In this document: one piece after another, positions 19,601 through 28,424 of the stretch | Layout: every line of letters starts with the position of its first letter | Position numbering within the stretch: position 1 is the stretch's first letter | Assembly: GCA_013359255.1 (NCBI GenBank) | Contig: JABWCF010000015.1 | Location: 26 to 64,025, forward strand | Source of the DNA: Flavobacteriales bacterium | GTDB lineage: Bacteria > Bacteroidota > Bacteroidia > Flavobacteriales_E > Vicingaceae | DNA: 64,000 bases | Direction: 5' to 3' | Notes under the pieces: generated by a model | The model's database searches: none | The model's input: the letters and a program-made list of their open reading frames with translations, nothing else | What the model was told of the DNA's origin: nothing | Translations under genes and position numbers: made by a program

Positions 19601-22600
19601 CAAATTCATTAAATCTTGCACCACTCATTAAACACTTTGTTGGTTTAGGAATAAATCCAGGTGGTAATGACATTTCATTGCAAACAAGGTTATTGAACAA
19701 CAATTTTGTTCCTTGGTATGACCTTATTGATTTTACAAATTTTCAATGGGCTGCCGGTGCAAACCAAGATTACATTGACGCATTGAAAGAAGGTTCATTT
19801 GATGGACTCGCTACAATATTTTTCGGTTCGCTGTTTTATTCGTTTGAATCTTCCGCATTGGGTTATGTTTGTATAAATCCTGAATTACAGGTTATCACAG
19901 AGCAAGCAAAAACTGTTGCTTTAGCAAAAGATGATTTTTTGCAAATCGTAAATTCCACAATCCGGATTTTGGGTGATAAATACAAACACAACAAAGTTGA
20001 AGATGTAAGTCCATTCAACTTTACGCAATACAACGATTTTCCCGGGCAAGTGAAAAAATACATTCGTGCAGTTGAAACAAGGTATTCAAAAAATCAAAAC
20101 GAAATTGGCGATGCCGTTTTTAATACGCTTTCAACAAGTAGTTTGTTGAGAGGCGACACAGGCATTCAAATTGAAAACCTTTTTATCAAAGTAGCACGTT
20201 CAACGGATTCTATTTGGACAAGTCAAAGAGGAAGCAGACCACACTTGCATTTTAGCGGTGGAATTTGCACTCATTCTGTATCGGCACTGCAACATCAACC
20301 GGACAGAATTTGTGATGATGTTTGGAAAGAAAATTATCTTTCTTACAATGCCATTAAGCAACAACGTGAACCAATCCGTTTGCATTGCGAAGAACTCACC
20401 GGACAAACAGATGACCAATTTGAAAGACAAAGACATTTCAGAAATATCATTTTACCAGATGAAGGCAACAAACAAGTCAAAACAATCGACTTATTGAGCG
20501 TAACAACAACACTTGAAGTTGGAGTTGATATTGGTGCATTGCAAGCCGTGATGTTGGGTAATATGCCACCGCAACGTTTCAACTATCAACAAAGAGTTGG
20601 TCGTGCAGGACGTAGAGGACAAGCGTATTCCGTTATTTTGACATTTTGTAGAGGTAGAAGCCACGATGAGTTTTACTTTGCTAACCCCCAAAAAATTACA
20701 GGCGATGCCCCACCAACACCTTTCTTGACAATGGGACAAGAAAGGATTTTTAAACGTTTGCTTGCAAAAGAAATTTTTCGCAGAGCATACGTTGAAAAAG
20801 AGATTGACATTACTTCTGATGATAAATCAAGTGTTCACGGAGAATTTGGTTCAGTTGATAGTTGGACGATTTACAAACCTGAAATTTCTAATTGGATAAA
20901 TGAAAACAGAACTGTCATCGAACAAACAGTTGATGCATTACTAACGCCACAGCTAAAAGACAAAAAAGATGAATTTGTAAATTGGGTTGCAGATACAACA
21001 ACGCCAAATGGTTTAATTGAAAAAGCAGAAAGCATTATCAAGAATGAAGAAATTGCAAGTAATGACATTTCTGAAAAATTTGCCGAAGGCGGAATTTTGC
21101 CAATGTTTGGAATGCCGACCACAGTTAAAAACTTGTACCACGGTATTAACAGGAAACCAGAACCACTTTCAATTGACAGAGCACAAGCAATGGCAATTTA
21201 TGAATTTGCACCGGGAGCACAGAAAACAAAAGATAAAGCGATTCATCAAGTAATTGGTTTTACAAGCGATTTTATCAATGTTCATAATGGAATTAAAAAT
21301 GCTGACACAGCCAATCAACTTCCCTTTTCACTTAACCGTTGGTTTGTGCGTTGTAGGGCTTGCGGATTTTTTGAAACGTATTCAGAAGAACGAAAAGCAG
21401 AATTGGAGAGTCAAAGTCAATTTGATGTTTGTCCAAATTGTGGTGAAGAGAATCCGAATAAATATCAACCGCCATTTAAACTGAAATCGCCAAGAGCATA
21501 CAGAACAAATCTTTCAGCCGGAAGCGACACGAAAGATGATTCTGAATTTTTGCTTTCACGTCCGCCAATTTTTGCAGAGAAAACCGGTTCAGCAAACGTA
21601 GAAACAATAAGTAACGCTTCAATTTCTATTTCTGATAATGATGTTACTTGGCGTGTGAATACAAATTCTGATAAATTTTTTACAGGAAGATTATACAATA
21701 CAAATAATAAATTTCCTTTTAATCAAAGCGGATTTTGGTTTAACAATCAATGGTTGTTAAATGATTTAGCATTACCAACAAATGACAGCAATGGTCATTC
21801 AATGTTTGTTCAATCAAATCCAACAAGTTCTGATGAACTAATTGCATTAGCCAGCAATAAAAACACCGAAATTTTCCGAATTGCACCAACAAATGTTCCT
21901 TATGAACTTGACTTAAATATGTTTTTTAGCGAAACAGATTTGCCACACGTCAAAGCACAAAGTAACGGAGTGCGTTCCGGTTATTATTCCGCAGCATTTT
22001 TACTTCAAAGAATATTAGCAGACAAACTTGACGTTGACCCTACAGAAATTGAGATTGCGGATATTCCAGTTAAAGTTCTTGAAGACGGAAGAAGAATTGC
22101 TGAAATTATCTTGACTGATGAATTACCAAACGGTTCGGGCTTCGTAAGATATTTATACAACAATCTTGTAAACATACTTTCAGAATCCATAAATCCAAGC
22201 AATTCAGTTAGTTATTTAGGAAAAATTCATTCGGAAACTCATCAAGGAAAATGTGCTGATGCTTGTTATGATTGTTTAAAAGTGTTCCGGAATATGAATT
22301 ATCATAGTTTGCTTGATTGGCGTTTAGGTTTATCAATGCTTCGTGTAATGAATGATTCAACTTTTGTTTGCGGGGCTGACGGAAATTTCAACTTTGTTGA
22401 ATTGCAGAATTGGATTGCATTTGCAACGGAATTAAGAAATGCTTTTGCTCAAAGTTTTGGTTTCTCAAATACAGCCGAGATAAATGATTTGCCAATTATC
22501 AAATTTGGAAGAAATCAAAGAAACGTGATAATGATTGTTCACCCATTTTGGAATATGAGAAATTTCACGGAAGCAAATTGGTTGGCGGAAATTTACAATG

Positions 22601-22707
22601 AAATAAAAGTACATACAGAGAGTAACGGTGGGAAAATTAGCATAATTGACACCTTTAACTTGCATCGCAGACCGGGTTGGTGTTATGAAAAATTAATTGA
22701 GAGATGA
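16684..22707 (+). CDS. giant SF2 DEAD/DEAH-box helicase with Zn motifs and C-terminal DUF1998-like region (DruE-like)
   Basis: SGTGSGKT, YPMNALVEDQ, TNYSML, DELH, SAS, TTTLEVGVDIG, QRVGRAGR; CxxC pairs; CADACYDCL. Confidence 0.85.
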   Translation: MKDPIGSFETIKENFIRYVRTAFRTKFKGVEKERYDLLNYDRVLYRKPWIEPLPDYVSSGKKINDLTAEDLGNALNEGEIETFKGLVNTGLVGNFPLHSHQAEMLKQALLGNNCIITSGTGSGKTESFLLPLFAQLSKELANWTAPNQQSTSINTWWRENGGLSARQIVNTSNFTLSNDVRQRNHETRKAGVRALILYPMNALVEDQMSRLRKALDSDDTRNWLSENTNGNKIYFGRYNGSSPVAGELKKIKDDRTFAINTNKVNQLKEQLQQIETDSNRVAQYIQQTGKTGNEAKDLKSFFQRLDGAEMRSRFDMQVAPPDIMITNYSMLSIMLMRDIDKGIFNETKQWLEESENNIFHLIIDELHLYRGTQGTEVAYLLKLVLNRLGLNPNHPQLRILASSASLEAKEETKEGQESKQFLKDFFGTEKPFKIIEGKNNPITAFPENGIKLPINPFKEIANKFSEVKGNITDVNFISTCEASATQLETAFNLSQDGNGISKLISVIINPSFQLKERLFSPCQDYKAVCSTQANGDDDNGKYFAETIFERTSNKEDLENALRGLLIVRAMLDEKEFEDIAKTIPDDRKLPRFRFHYFFRNIEGIWASVKSDEIDEAYSDEERTVGKLYSTTRINSENGNRVLELLYCDNCGTTLFGGSRLVTRNESGNNSFEMLPISPNIEGIPEKTPAKLVERRSYQEYAVFWACGNQQYTPHDAEAGIPQVGWRQPTMNGFNQTDFLADWIPASLNCISGDIDNSHNKAEEKPEQWIKGYYFIITNNSNRDIALPDANGNISTIETHKALPSVCPSCGVNHQKRRQDWNKNKTSSIRGFRTGFAKTTQMFAKELMYQLPSNEAERKLVVFSDSREDAAQIANGIERNHFSDLMREVLVKELHSNLMFRFQIVDAFDKGNTARQQELKEQSQTIFDEIEFLVENSAYTGTNASRIREKQEAEIKLNEIRSLTLNVRSLVHITNSLNLAPLIKHFVGLGINPGGNDISLQTRLLNNNFVPWYDLIDFTNFQWAAGANQDYIDALKEGSFDGLATIFFGSLFYSFESSALGYVCINPELQVITEQAKTVALAKDDFLQIVNSTIRILGDKYKHNKVEDVSPFNFTQYNDFPGQVKKYIRAVETRYSKNQNEIGDAVFNTLSTSSLLRGDTGIQIENLFIKVARSTDSIWTSQRGSRPHLHFSGGICTHSVSALQHQPDRICDDVWKENYLSYNAIKQQREPIRLHCEELTGQTDDQFERQRHFRNIILPDEGNKQVKTIDLLSVTTTLEVGVDIGALQAVMLGNMPPQRFNYQQRVGRAGRRGQAYSVILTFCRGRSHDEFYFANPQKITGDAPPTPFLTMGQERIFKRLLAKEIFRRAYVEKEIDITSDDKSSVHGEFGSVDSWTIYKPEISNWINENRTVIEQTVDALLTPQLKDKKDEFVNWVADTTTPNGLIEKAESIIKNEEIASNDISEKFAEGGILPMFGMPTTVKNLYHGINRKPEPLSIDRAQAMAIYEFAPGAQKTKDKAIHQVIGFTSDFINVHNGIKNADTANQLPFSLNRWFVRCRACGFFETYSEERKAELESQSQFDVCPNCGEENPNKYQPPFKLKSPRAYRTNLSAGSDTKDDSEFLLSRPPIFAEKTGSANVETISNASISISDNDVTWRVNTNSDKFFTGRLYNTNNKFPFNQSGFWFNNQWLLNDLALPTNDSNGHSMFVQSNPTSSDELIALASNKNTEIFRIAPTNVPYELDLNMFFSETDLPHVKAQSNGVRSGYYSAAFLLQRILADKLDVDPTEIEIADIPVKVLEDGRRIAEIILTDELPNGSGFVRYLYNNLVNILSESINPSNSVSYLGKIHSETHQGKCADACYDCLKVFRNMNYHSLLDWRLGLSMLRVMNDSTFVCGADGNFNFVELQNWIAFATELRNAFAQSFGFSNTAEINDLPIIKFGRNQRNVIMIVHPFWNMRNFTEANWLAEIYNEIKVHTESNGGKISIIDTFNLHRRPGWCYEKLIER

Positions 22708-23777
22708 TGAATAAAATTGGAGAAACGAATTTTAAGGAAATCAAACGTATTTCGCCAAGCCAATTTTATTCAATGAAAAATTGTGCTTACAAATCATTAT
22801 TGGCAGAAGCGTTTGACAAGAAGCCGTTACTTCCACTTTCGCCAAATGCGTATTTCGGCACAGTTTTGCACAAAATGCTTGAGCTGATTGCAAAAGGAAT
22901 TGTGAAAAGTGAAGATGATTTTAATGCGGAATTTGACAAGCAAGTGAAAGCACTTGAAGAAGATTTAAAACAAAAAGGCTTTGGTTTTTTTGTTCCGCTA
23001 AAAGTTAAGTTACGAAATTTTGGGTTGAAGAAAATTCAACTAAAAAAGCATTTGCGAAGCGAATCCGAAAAAATAACAAGTTCAGGTAACATCAAATTTC
23101 ATTCTGAAAAATGGTTTGAATCAAACGACAAATTGATTGGCGGAAAAGTTGATTTAGTGATTGAAAACGGAAACGAAATTGAAATAATTGATTTTAAAAC
23201 CGGAGCAATCACACAAGATTGTTTAGATGATGAAGGCGAAATTTATTCAGATGTAAAGAATGAATACAAAGAACAACTTAAACTTTATGCTTACTTGTAT
23301 TTTGAAAACACAAACAAGTTTCCAACGGACTTGAGTTTGGTGGATTTAGCTAAACAGAAATTTCCGGTTGAGTTTTCAGAAGAAGAATGTAAATCCCTTT
23401 TTGATGAAGCGAAAAGCCTTTTAAAATCTACTAATGATAGCATAAAAACAAAATCATTTTCAGCAAATCCAAAACAAGAAAATTGCAAGTATTGTCTTTA
23501 CAGACCAGCTTGTTCTTTCTTTCATAAGAAACTTGAAACAGATTTTTCTTTCAACGATGTGTTGGGTGAAATTAAAGACGTGAAGAAATTTCAGAATGGA
23601 AATGTGAGTTTATTTTTACAAAATGGAAATATGAATTTAACCATAAAAAATTTTTCTGAGGAAGAATTTGATGAACTAAACAGAAATAAGAACAAACAAA
23701 TTAGAATTTACAATGTAAGAAATGAAGCAAAAGAATTTGTTTATTCTGCTACTGACACGACAATAATTTATGAGTAA
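22704..23777 (+). CDS. RecB/AddB-like PD-(D/E)XK nuclease with a probable 4Fe-4S cluster
   Basis: ISPSQ...NCAYK, GKVD...IDFKTG, QLKLYA, CKYCLYRPAC. Confidence 0.85.
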   Translation: MMNKIGETNFKEIKRISPSQFYSMKNCAYKSLLAEAFDKKPLLPLSPNAYFGTVLHKMLELIAKGIVKSEDDFNAEFDKQVKALEEDLKQKGFGFFVPLKVKLRNFGLKKIQLKKHLRSESEKITSSGNIKFHSEKWFESNDKLIGGKVDLVIENGNEIEIIDFKTGAITQDCLDDEGEIYSDVKNEYKEQLKLYAYLYFENTNKFPTDLSLVDLAKQKFPVEFSEEECKSLFDEAKSLLKSTNDSIKTKSFSANPKQENCKYCLYRPACSFFHKKLETDFSFNDVLGEIKDVKKFQNGNVSLFLQNGNMNLTIKNFSEEEFDELNRNKNKQIRIYNVRNEAKEFVYSATDTTIIYE

Positions 23778-24897
23778 GAATAAAGAACATAAAATTCCGA
23801 TACTTTCTTTTTTTTCCGGAGGAGGATTTATGGATATGGGTTTTGAGCAAGCCGGATTTGAAGTAATTTGGACAAATGAATTTGATGAAATTTTTGCTAA
23901 ACTTCACGCTGCTGGTGTGACTTCCTGGAGAAAATCTAAAGGCAATGGAATTAAAGCGGAAATTTTTAATACTAAATCAATCGTTGAAGTAACATCAAAA
24001 GAAATTGTTTCTGAAGCTTTTCCAAATGGTAAGCCGAAGCATTTTGGAATGATTGGAGGCCCGCCTTGTCAGGACTTTAGTATGAATGGTTCATTAAAAG
24101 GTTTTGGTGGAGAAAGAGGAAAACTTACAATTGTTTACTTTGATAAAATCTTGGAATTAAAACCAACGTTTTTCGTTATGGAAAATGTAACCGGTTTAAC
24201 AAAAAGAAAAGACACAAAAGAATATTTACAAACGCTGTTGAAGCGAGTTGAAAAAGAATACTACGTTGACCACGAAAAACTTAATTCGTTGAATTATGGT
24301 GTACCGCAACACAGAGAACGTGTATTTTTTATAGGTATTAGAAAAGATTGTTTGAACAAACAAGCCATTGAACAAGCTCTGTTTGGTAAATGGTTCCCGT
24401 TTCCTGTAAACGAGAAATATCAGGATTCTGCGACAAAGTATAATTGGGGGAAACAAGTTTCTTTTGGGAACAAATTGAAAAAACCGGAAGATGTTCCTTT
24501 TGAATTGTGTGTTGAAAGCTGTTTAGTTCCAAATAGTAAAATTGATGTAATTCCGAATGCGAATGAGGTATTTACCTTATACAAGCCTATATCTGAATTA
24601 AATAAAATAGCTGAAGGTGAAACGAATAGACCATCATTTAAACGACTTCATCGTTTTAAATACAGTCCGACAGCTTGCTACGGAAATAACGAAGTTCATT
24701 TGCACCCATATTTAAATAGACGTTTATCTGCGAGGGAGGCTCTAAGAATACAAGGTGTGCCTGATGAATATATACTTCCGTCAGAAATTTCATTATCGAA
24801 GAAATTTAAAATGATTGGTAATGGTGTTCCTGTTCCATTAGCAAAAGCAGTAGCAGAATCATTAAAAGACTTTTTATTTACAAATGAAATCATTTAA
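23770..24897 (+). CDS. DNA (cytosine-5)-methyltransferase
   Basis: FSGGG, GGPPCQDFS, ENV, QHRERVF, GNGVP motifs. Confidence 0.93.
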   Translation: MSKNKEHKIPILSFFSGGGFMDMGFEQAGFEVIWTNEFDEIFAKLHAAGVTSWRKSKGNGIKAEIFNTKSIVEVTSKEIVSEAFPNGKPKHFGMIGGPPCQDFSMNGSLKGFGGERGKLTIVYFDKILELKPTFFVMENVTGLTKRKDTKEYLQTLLKRVEKEYYVDHEKLNSLNYGVPQHRERVFFIGIRKDCLNKQAIEQALFGKWFPFPVNEKYQDSATKYNWGKQVSFGNKLKKPEDVPFELCVESCLVPNSKIDVIPNANEVFTLYKPISELNKIAEGETNRPSFKRLHRFKYSPTACYGNNEVHLHPYLNRRLSAREALRIQGVPDEYILPSEISLSKKFKMIGNGVPVPLAKAVAESLKDFLFTNEII

Positions 24898-24909
24898 ATC
24901 CCTCAATAT

Positions 24910-24977
24910 TTTGCAAGCACATTGCCGAAGCTCCACAACCCTAGCACAGACCAAAGCTTTGTCAAAGAGCTTGCAAA
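24910..24977. repeat. CACATT...AAAGAG hairpin motif (X4, trailer of cassette 2)
   Basis: TTGCAAGCACATTG...CAAAGAGCTTGCAA. Confidence 0.65.
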
Positions 24978-25136
24978 GCCAACGCAAGAAAAATTGTTTT
25001 TAAAAAATGTCCCGACCCATCAAAAAATAAAAAACGCTATGCACAACCCGACTCAGATAGACAAAAAAGCAAACGGACAATGACACTGAAACTCAACACT
25101 GACAATGGTTTACAAAGACGAACAGACAGTACACCA

Positions 25137-25272
25137 GCTGCCAACAGCCGTTTTGCAAAAGCGGGGTTTTCGTGCTTATATGACAGTGAAGTGCTAAATT
25201 CAAGCTTTGTGCATCTAATGAAGTTTAGTGCTGAAAATCCCCGCCTTCGCAAAGCGGCAAAACGTTACCGCC
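25137..25272 (+). repeat. attC-like site C
   Basis: GCTGCCAAC-A-GCCGTTTTGCAAAAGCGGGG...CCCCGCCTTCGCAAAGCGGC-AAAAC-GTTACCGCC. Confidence 0.88.
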
Positions 25273-25334
25273 AATGCTAAAAAAACAACGACAGTGAACA
25301 AAATGAACGACAGAGATAAAATGCCGACCGCACA

Positions 25335-25395
25335 TTCAAGCACATTTGGTTTTTACCGACACGCAAAGCCAAACCAAAAACCAAAAGAGCTTGAA
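25335..25395. repeat. CACATT...AAAGAG hairpin motif (X5, leader of cassette 3)
   Basis: TTCAAGCACATTTGGTTTTT...AAAAACCAAAAGAGCTTGAA. Confidence 0.65.
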
Positions 25396-25422
25396 TTTTG
25401 CCAACACGCAGACATAAAAATA

Positions 25423-25430
25423 TAAATTTG
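25423..25430 (+). promoter_or_regulatory. Bacteroidota -7 box inside cassette 3
   Basis: TAAATTTG ends 4 nt before the ATG at 25435. Confidence 0.45.
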
Positions 25431-25434
25431 AAGA

Positions 25435-26415
25435 ATGAAAGAAAACAAAATATTCTATGAAACCGACCTTGGGAAACTACTCCTTACAGACTCTTACAAA
25501 GAGTTAAAGAATGGTTCATTGAAAAAATATAAGGGCAAGATAAATCTAATTATTACCTCACCACCGTTTCCATTAAACAACAAGAAAAAATATGGAAACC
25601 TTCAAGGTGAAGAATACAAAGAGTGGTTTGTTAGTCTTGCTCCTATCTTTGAAGAATTATTAGCTGATGATGGTTCACTTGTTATTGAAATCGGGAATGC
25701 TTGGGAATCTGAACGACCTGTACAGTCACTTTTACATTTAGAATGTTTACTTGGGCTTGTTCAAAATTCCAATCTAAGATTAATACAGGAATTTATATGT
25801 TACAATCCTTCAAAACTTCCTTCCCCAGCTCAATGGGTAACAGTTAATCGTATTAGGACAGTAGACAGCTATACTCATATATGGTGGCTTGCCAAATCAG
25901 ACTACCCAAAGGCTGATAACACAAAAGTTTTGCGACCTTACAGCAAGAGTATGAAACAACTTCTCAAAAATCAAAAATATAACTCAGGAAAACGACCTTC
26001 GGAACACATCATTTCAGAAAATGGATTTCTGAAAGATAATGGAGGAAGCATTGCTCATAATTTTTTTGAAATGGAGCCAATTGATGAAAATAGAGAGGTT
26101 AGACTGCCTCACAGTGTTTTGAGCTTTTCAAATACACATTCAAACGATTACTATCTGAAAGCTTGTAGAAAGAATGATATAATTCCTCACCCTGCAAGAA
26201 TGAATCAAGGAATTGTTAGTTTTTTTATCAATTATTTGACTGATGAAAAAGACTTAGTTTTAGACCCTTTCGCAGGTAGTAATACAACCGGGGCAACAGC
26301 TGAAAAGCTCAACAGAAAATGGTTGGCAATGGAGATTGACCGAGAATTTGCAGACCAATCAATTTACAGATTTGAAGATAAAGAACTTAATGCCGAACTT
26401 AAAATCCACTTTTAA
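25435..26415 (+). CDS. beta-class amino-MTase, M.PvuII-like (probably N4-cytosine)
   Basis: TSPPF catalytic motif before the DPFAGS SAM motif; NPSKLPSP, KDNGGS and HPAR segments as I recall them in M.PvuII. Confidence 0.85.
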   Translation: MKENKIFYETDLGKLLLTDSYKELKNGSLKKYKGKINLIITSPPFPLNNKKKYGNLQGEEYKEWFVSLAPIFEELLADDGSLVIEIGNAWESERPVQSLLHLECLLGLVQNSNLRLIQEFICYNPSKLPSPAQWVTVNRIRTVDSYTHIWWLAKSDYPKADNTKVLRPYSKSMKQLLKNQKYNSGKRPSEHIISENGFLKDNGGSIAHNFFEMEPIDENREVRLPHSVLSFSNTHSNDYYLKACRKNDIIPHPARMNQGIVSFFINYLTDEKDLVLDPFAGSNTTGATAEKLNRKWLAMEIDREFADQSIYRFEDKELNAELKIHF

Positions 26416-28421
26416 TGCTTGACGTAATAAAAAAAATAACAGACATTGACTTCTTTAAAGAAGGACAGAATGAAGACCTTTTTGTGGGTAGACCTTACTC
26501 GATAAACTACAATAAAGCTAATCTACTTATTTCAGATTTTTGGAAACATAAAGTAAAAGGAATACCACAAGGTTCTTTCTTGTTGGCATTTTACGACAAT
26601 CCATTTGAAGAAAATATTCAAGAAGCTTTACTCCTTCGAGTGTTAAACCCTTCTTCACTACCCACTGACAATAATGTCATTTCGTCAATGATTGAGTATT
26701 ACAAAGACAATCTTAATACATCAGGCAAAAAGAGTGAACTAGACGATTTTACTAGATATGAATTTAGTTTTTCGGGTTTGGAATGTAGAATCTTAGGCGC
26801 ATTCTACAAGGAGGGTAATTCTTTTGAATTTGGCGCTGACGTAGAAAATTTTTATTCGGCTCACAACTACAAAGTTTTTAAAGCAACCTCGAAAATTTTA
26901 GAGCTTATTGTAAATCAAAGAGACAAAGATTTAGTAGCAGGTGGAGAGAATGAATTTCCCATAGGTACAGTTCGTTATAGCTCGACTAGACGTTTCTATG
27001 CTACTGATGATTCCGTTAAAAGTGTTAAGGTATTTATTAATCCAGGTGATATGCTTGGAAAGCGAACCGCTCTTTTCGGTATGACTAGAACAGGTAAGTC
27101 CAACTCTGTTAAGAAAATAATTGAAGCTTCTGTTGAAATATCTAGAAAATCAAAATATAAAACGTTAAGCACCACTTCAAGTCCAACTGACAACCTTATG
27201 GAAGCAATTGATAAGGAATCAGGTGCACCGAAATTTCCTGTTGGTCAAATTATTTTTGATATAAATGGTGAATACGCCAATGCTAATATGCAGGATAAGG
27301 GTACTGCAATATTTGAATTGTACTCTGACATTACTACAAGATTTTCGACCTTGCCCAAAACGGATTTCAAAATTATGAAGGTTAACTTCTATAATGATTT
27401 AGAAGCAGGATTCGAGCTTGTTCGATCTCACTTATTACAAAGTTCGGGTAACTATATAGAAAGTTTTTGTGCTGTTGACTTTACTCCACCCGAGAATTAT
27501 GATTTTTTCAGCTCTGAGGGCACTCGTCACGATAGATTAAAAGCTGCTTATTTCTGCTGCCTTTATAAAGCCAATATTCCAGTTCCAAAGAATTTCAAAG
27601 TTAAGTTTCGTGGCAATGACATACTAAATAAGTTGGTAAAAGAAGATGGCTCAATAAAACCAGACAACGGAATTTCACTTGAAGATGCTTACAATTGGTT
27701 CAAAGCTGTTGCAGATAATTATAATACTCACGAATACTTTAGTAAATATAAAGCTCAAAAGGGTCACGAATGGGCAGACGAAGATCTAAAAGCAGTACTA
27801 GTATTTCTTTCAAGAAAAAAAGACGGTAGAGTTGTAGATGGATATGTTAAACTTAGAAGCTTAAAGGAACTACATACAGAGACAATCGACAAACCTTTTG
27901 ATGCTGAGATAATTGATGAGTTAAGAAAAGGTAAGATTGTCATTATTGATTTGTCTCAGGGAAATCCTGAAATTCAACAACTATATTCAGAGCGAATTTG
28001 TAAGAAGATATTCAATGATTCTATGAATAGATTCATTTCAAACTCACCCAACAATTTCATCCAATTCTATTTTGAAGAGGCTCATAATTTGTTTCCTAAA
28101 AAGGACGACAAAGATTTAAGTCAAATATATAACCGAATTGCCAAGGAAGGTGCAAAATTGAATCTTGGGATGATTTACGCAACGCAAGAAGTTAGCTCTA
28201 TAAGTTCTAACATACTAAAAAACACTCAAAATTGGTTTATTGCACACTTAAACAACGAAGATGAAACTAGGGAACTTAAAAAGTATTACGACTTTGAAGA
28301 TTTTACAGAATCACTAGTTCGTTTTAGTGCTAAAAATGACAAAGGTTTTGTGAGAATGAAAACATATTCAAACCCGTTTGTTGTACCAGTCCAAATAGAC
28401 CAATTTTTAGCAAACAAGTAA
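26415..28421 (+). CDS. herA: HerA/FtsK-family ATPase (DUF87)
   Basis: GMTRTGKS Walker A, FDINGEY, FEEAHN Walker B, ATQ; N-terminal HAS-barrel-like region. Confidence 0.85.
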   Translation: MLDVIKKITDIDFFKEGQNEDLFVGRPYSINYNKANLLISDFWKHKVKGIPQGSFLLAFYDNPFEENIQEALLLRVLNPSSLPTDNNVISSMIEYYKDNLNTSGKKSELDDFTRYEFSFSGLECRILGAFYKEGNSFEFGADVENFYSAHNYKVFKATSKILELIVNQRDKDLVAGGENEFPIGTVRYSSTRRFYATDDSVKSVKVFINPGDMLGKRTALFGMTRTGKSNSVKKIIEASVEISRKSKYKTLSTTSSPTDNLMEAIDKESGAPKFPVGQIIFDINGEYANANMQDKGTAIFELYSDITTRFSTLPKTDFKIMKVNFYNDLEAGFELVRSHLLQSSGNYIESFCAVDFTPPENYDFFSSEGTRHDRLKAAYFCCLYKANIPVPKNFKVKFRGNDILNKLVKEDGSIKPDNGISLEDAYNWFKAVADNYNTHEYFSKYKAQKGHEWADEDLKAVLVFLSRKKDGRVVDGYVKLRSLKELHTETIDKPFDAEIIDELRKGKIVIIDLSQGNPEIQQLYSERICKKIFNDSMNRFISNSPNNFIQFYFEEAHNLFPKKDDKDLSQIYNRIAKEGAKLNLGMIYATQEVSSISSNILKNTQNWFIAHLNNEDETRELKKYYDFEDFTESLVRFSAKNDKGFVRMKTYSNPFVVPVQIDQFLANK

Positions 28422-28424
28422 GGT

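Larger units (their letters stand above)
13548..25264 (+). mobile_element. cassette 2 (11,717 bp): Druantia-like four-gene operon
   Basis: Starts G|TTGGCAGC and is closed by GCTGCCAAC at 25137 (9/9 complement); no further attC-like site noticed between. Confidence 0.8.

Noticed and set aside
25037-25425. ORFs across site C, and likewise 29763-30017, 33150-33407, 34280-34462, 36424-36868
   Set aside because: Same reason: they coincide with recombination-site palindromes.
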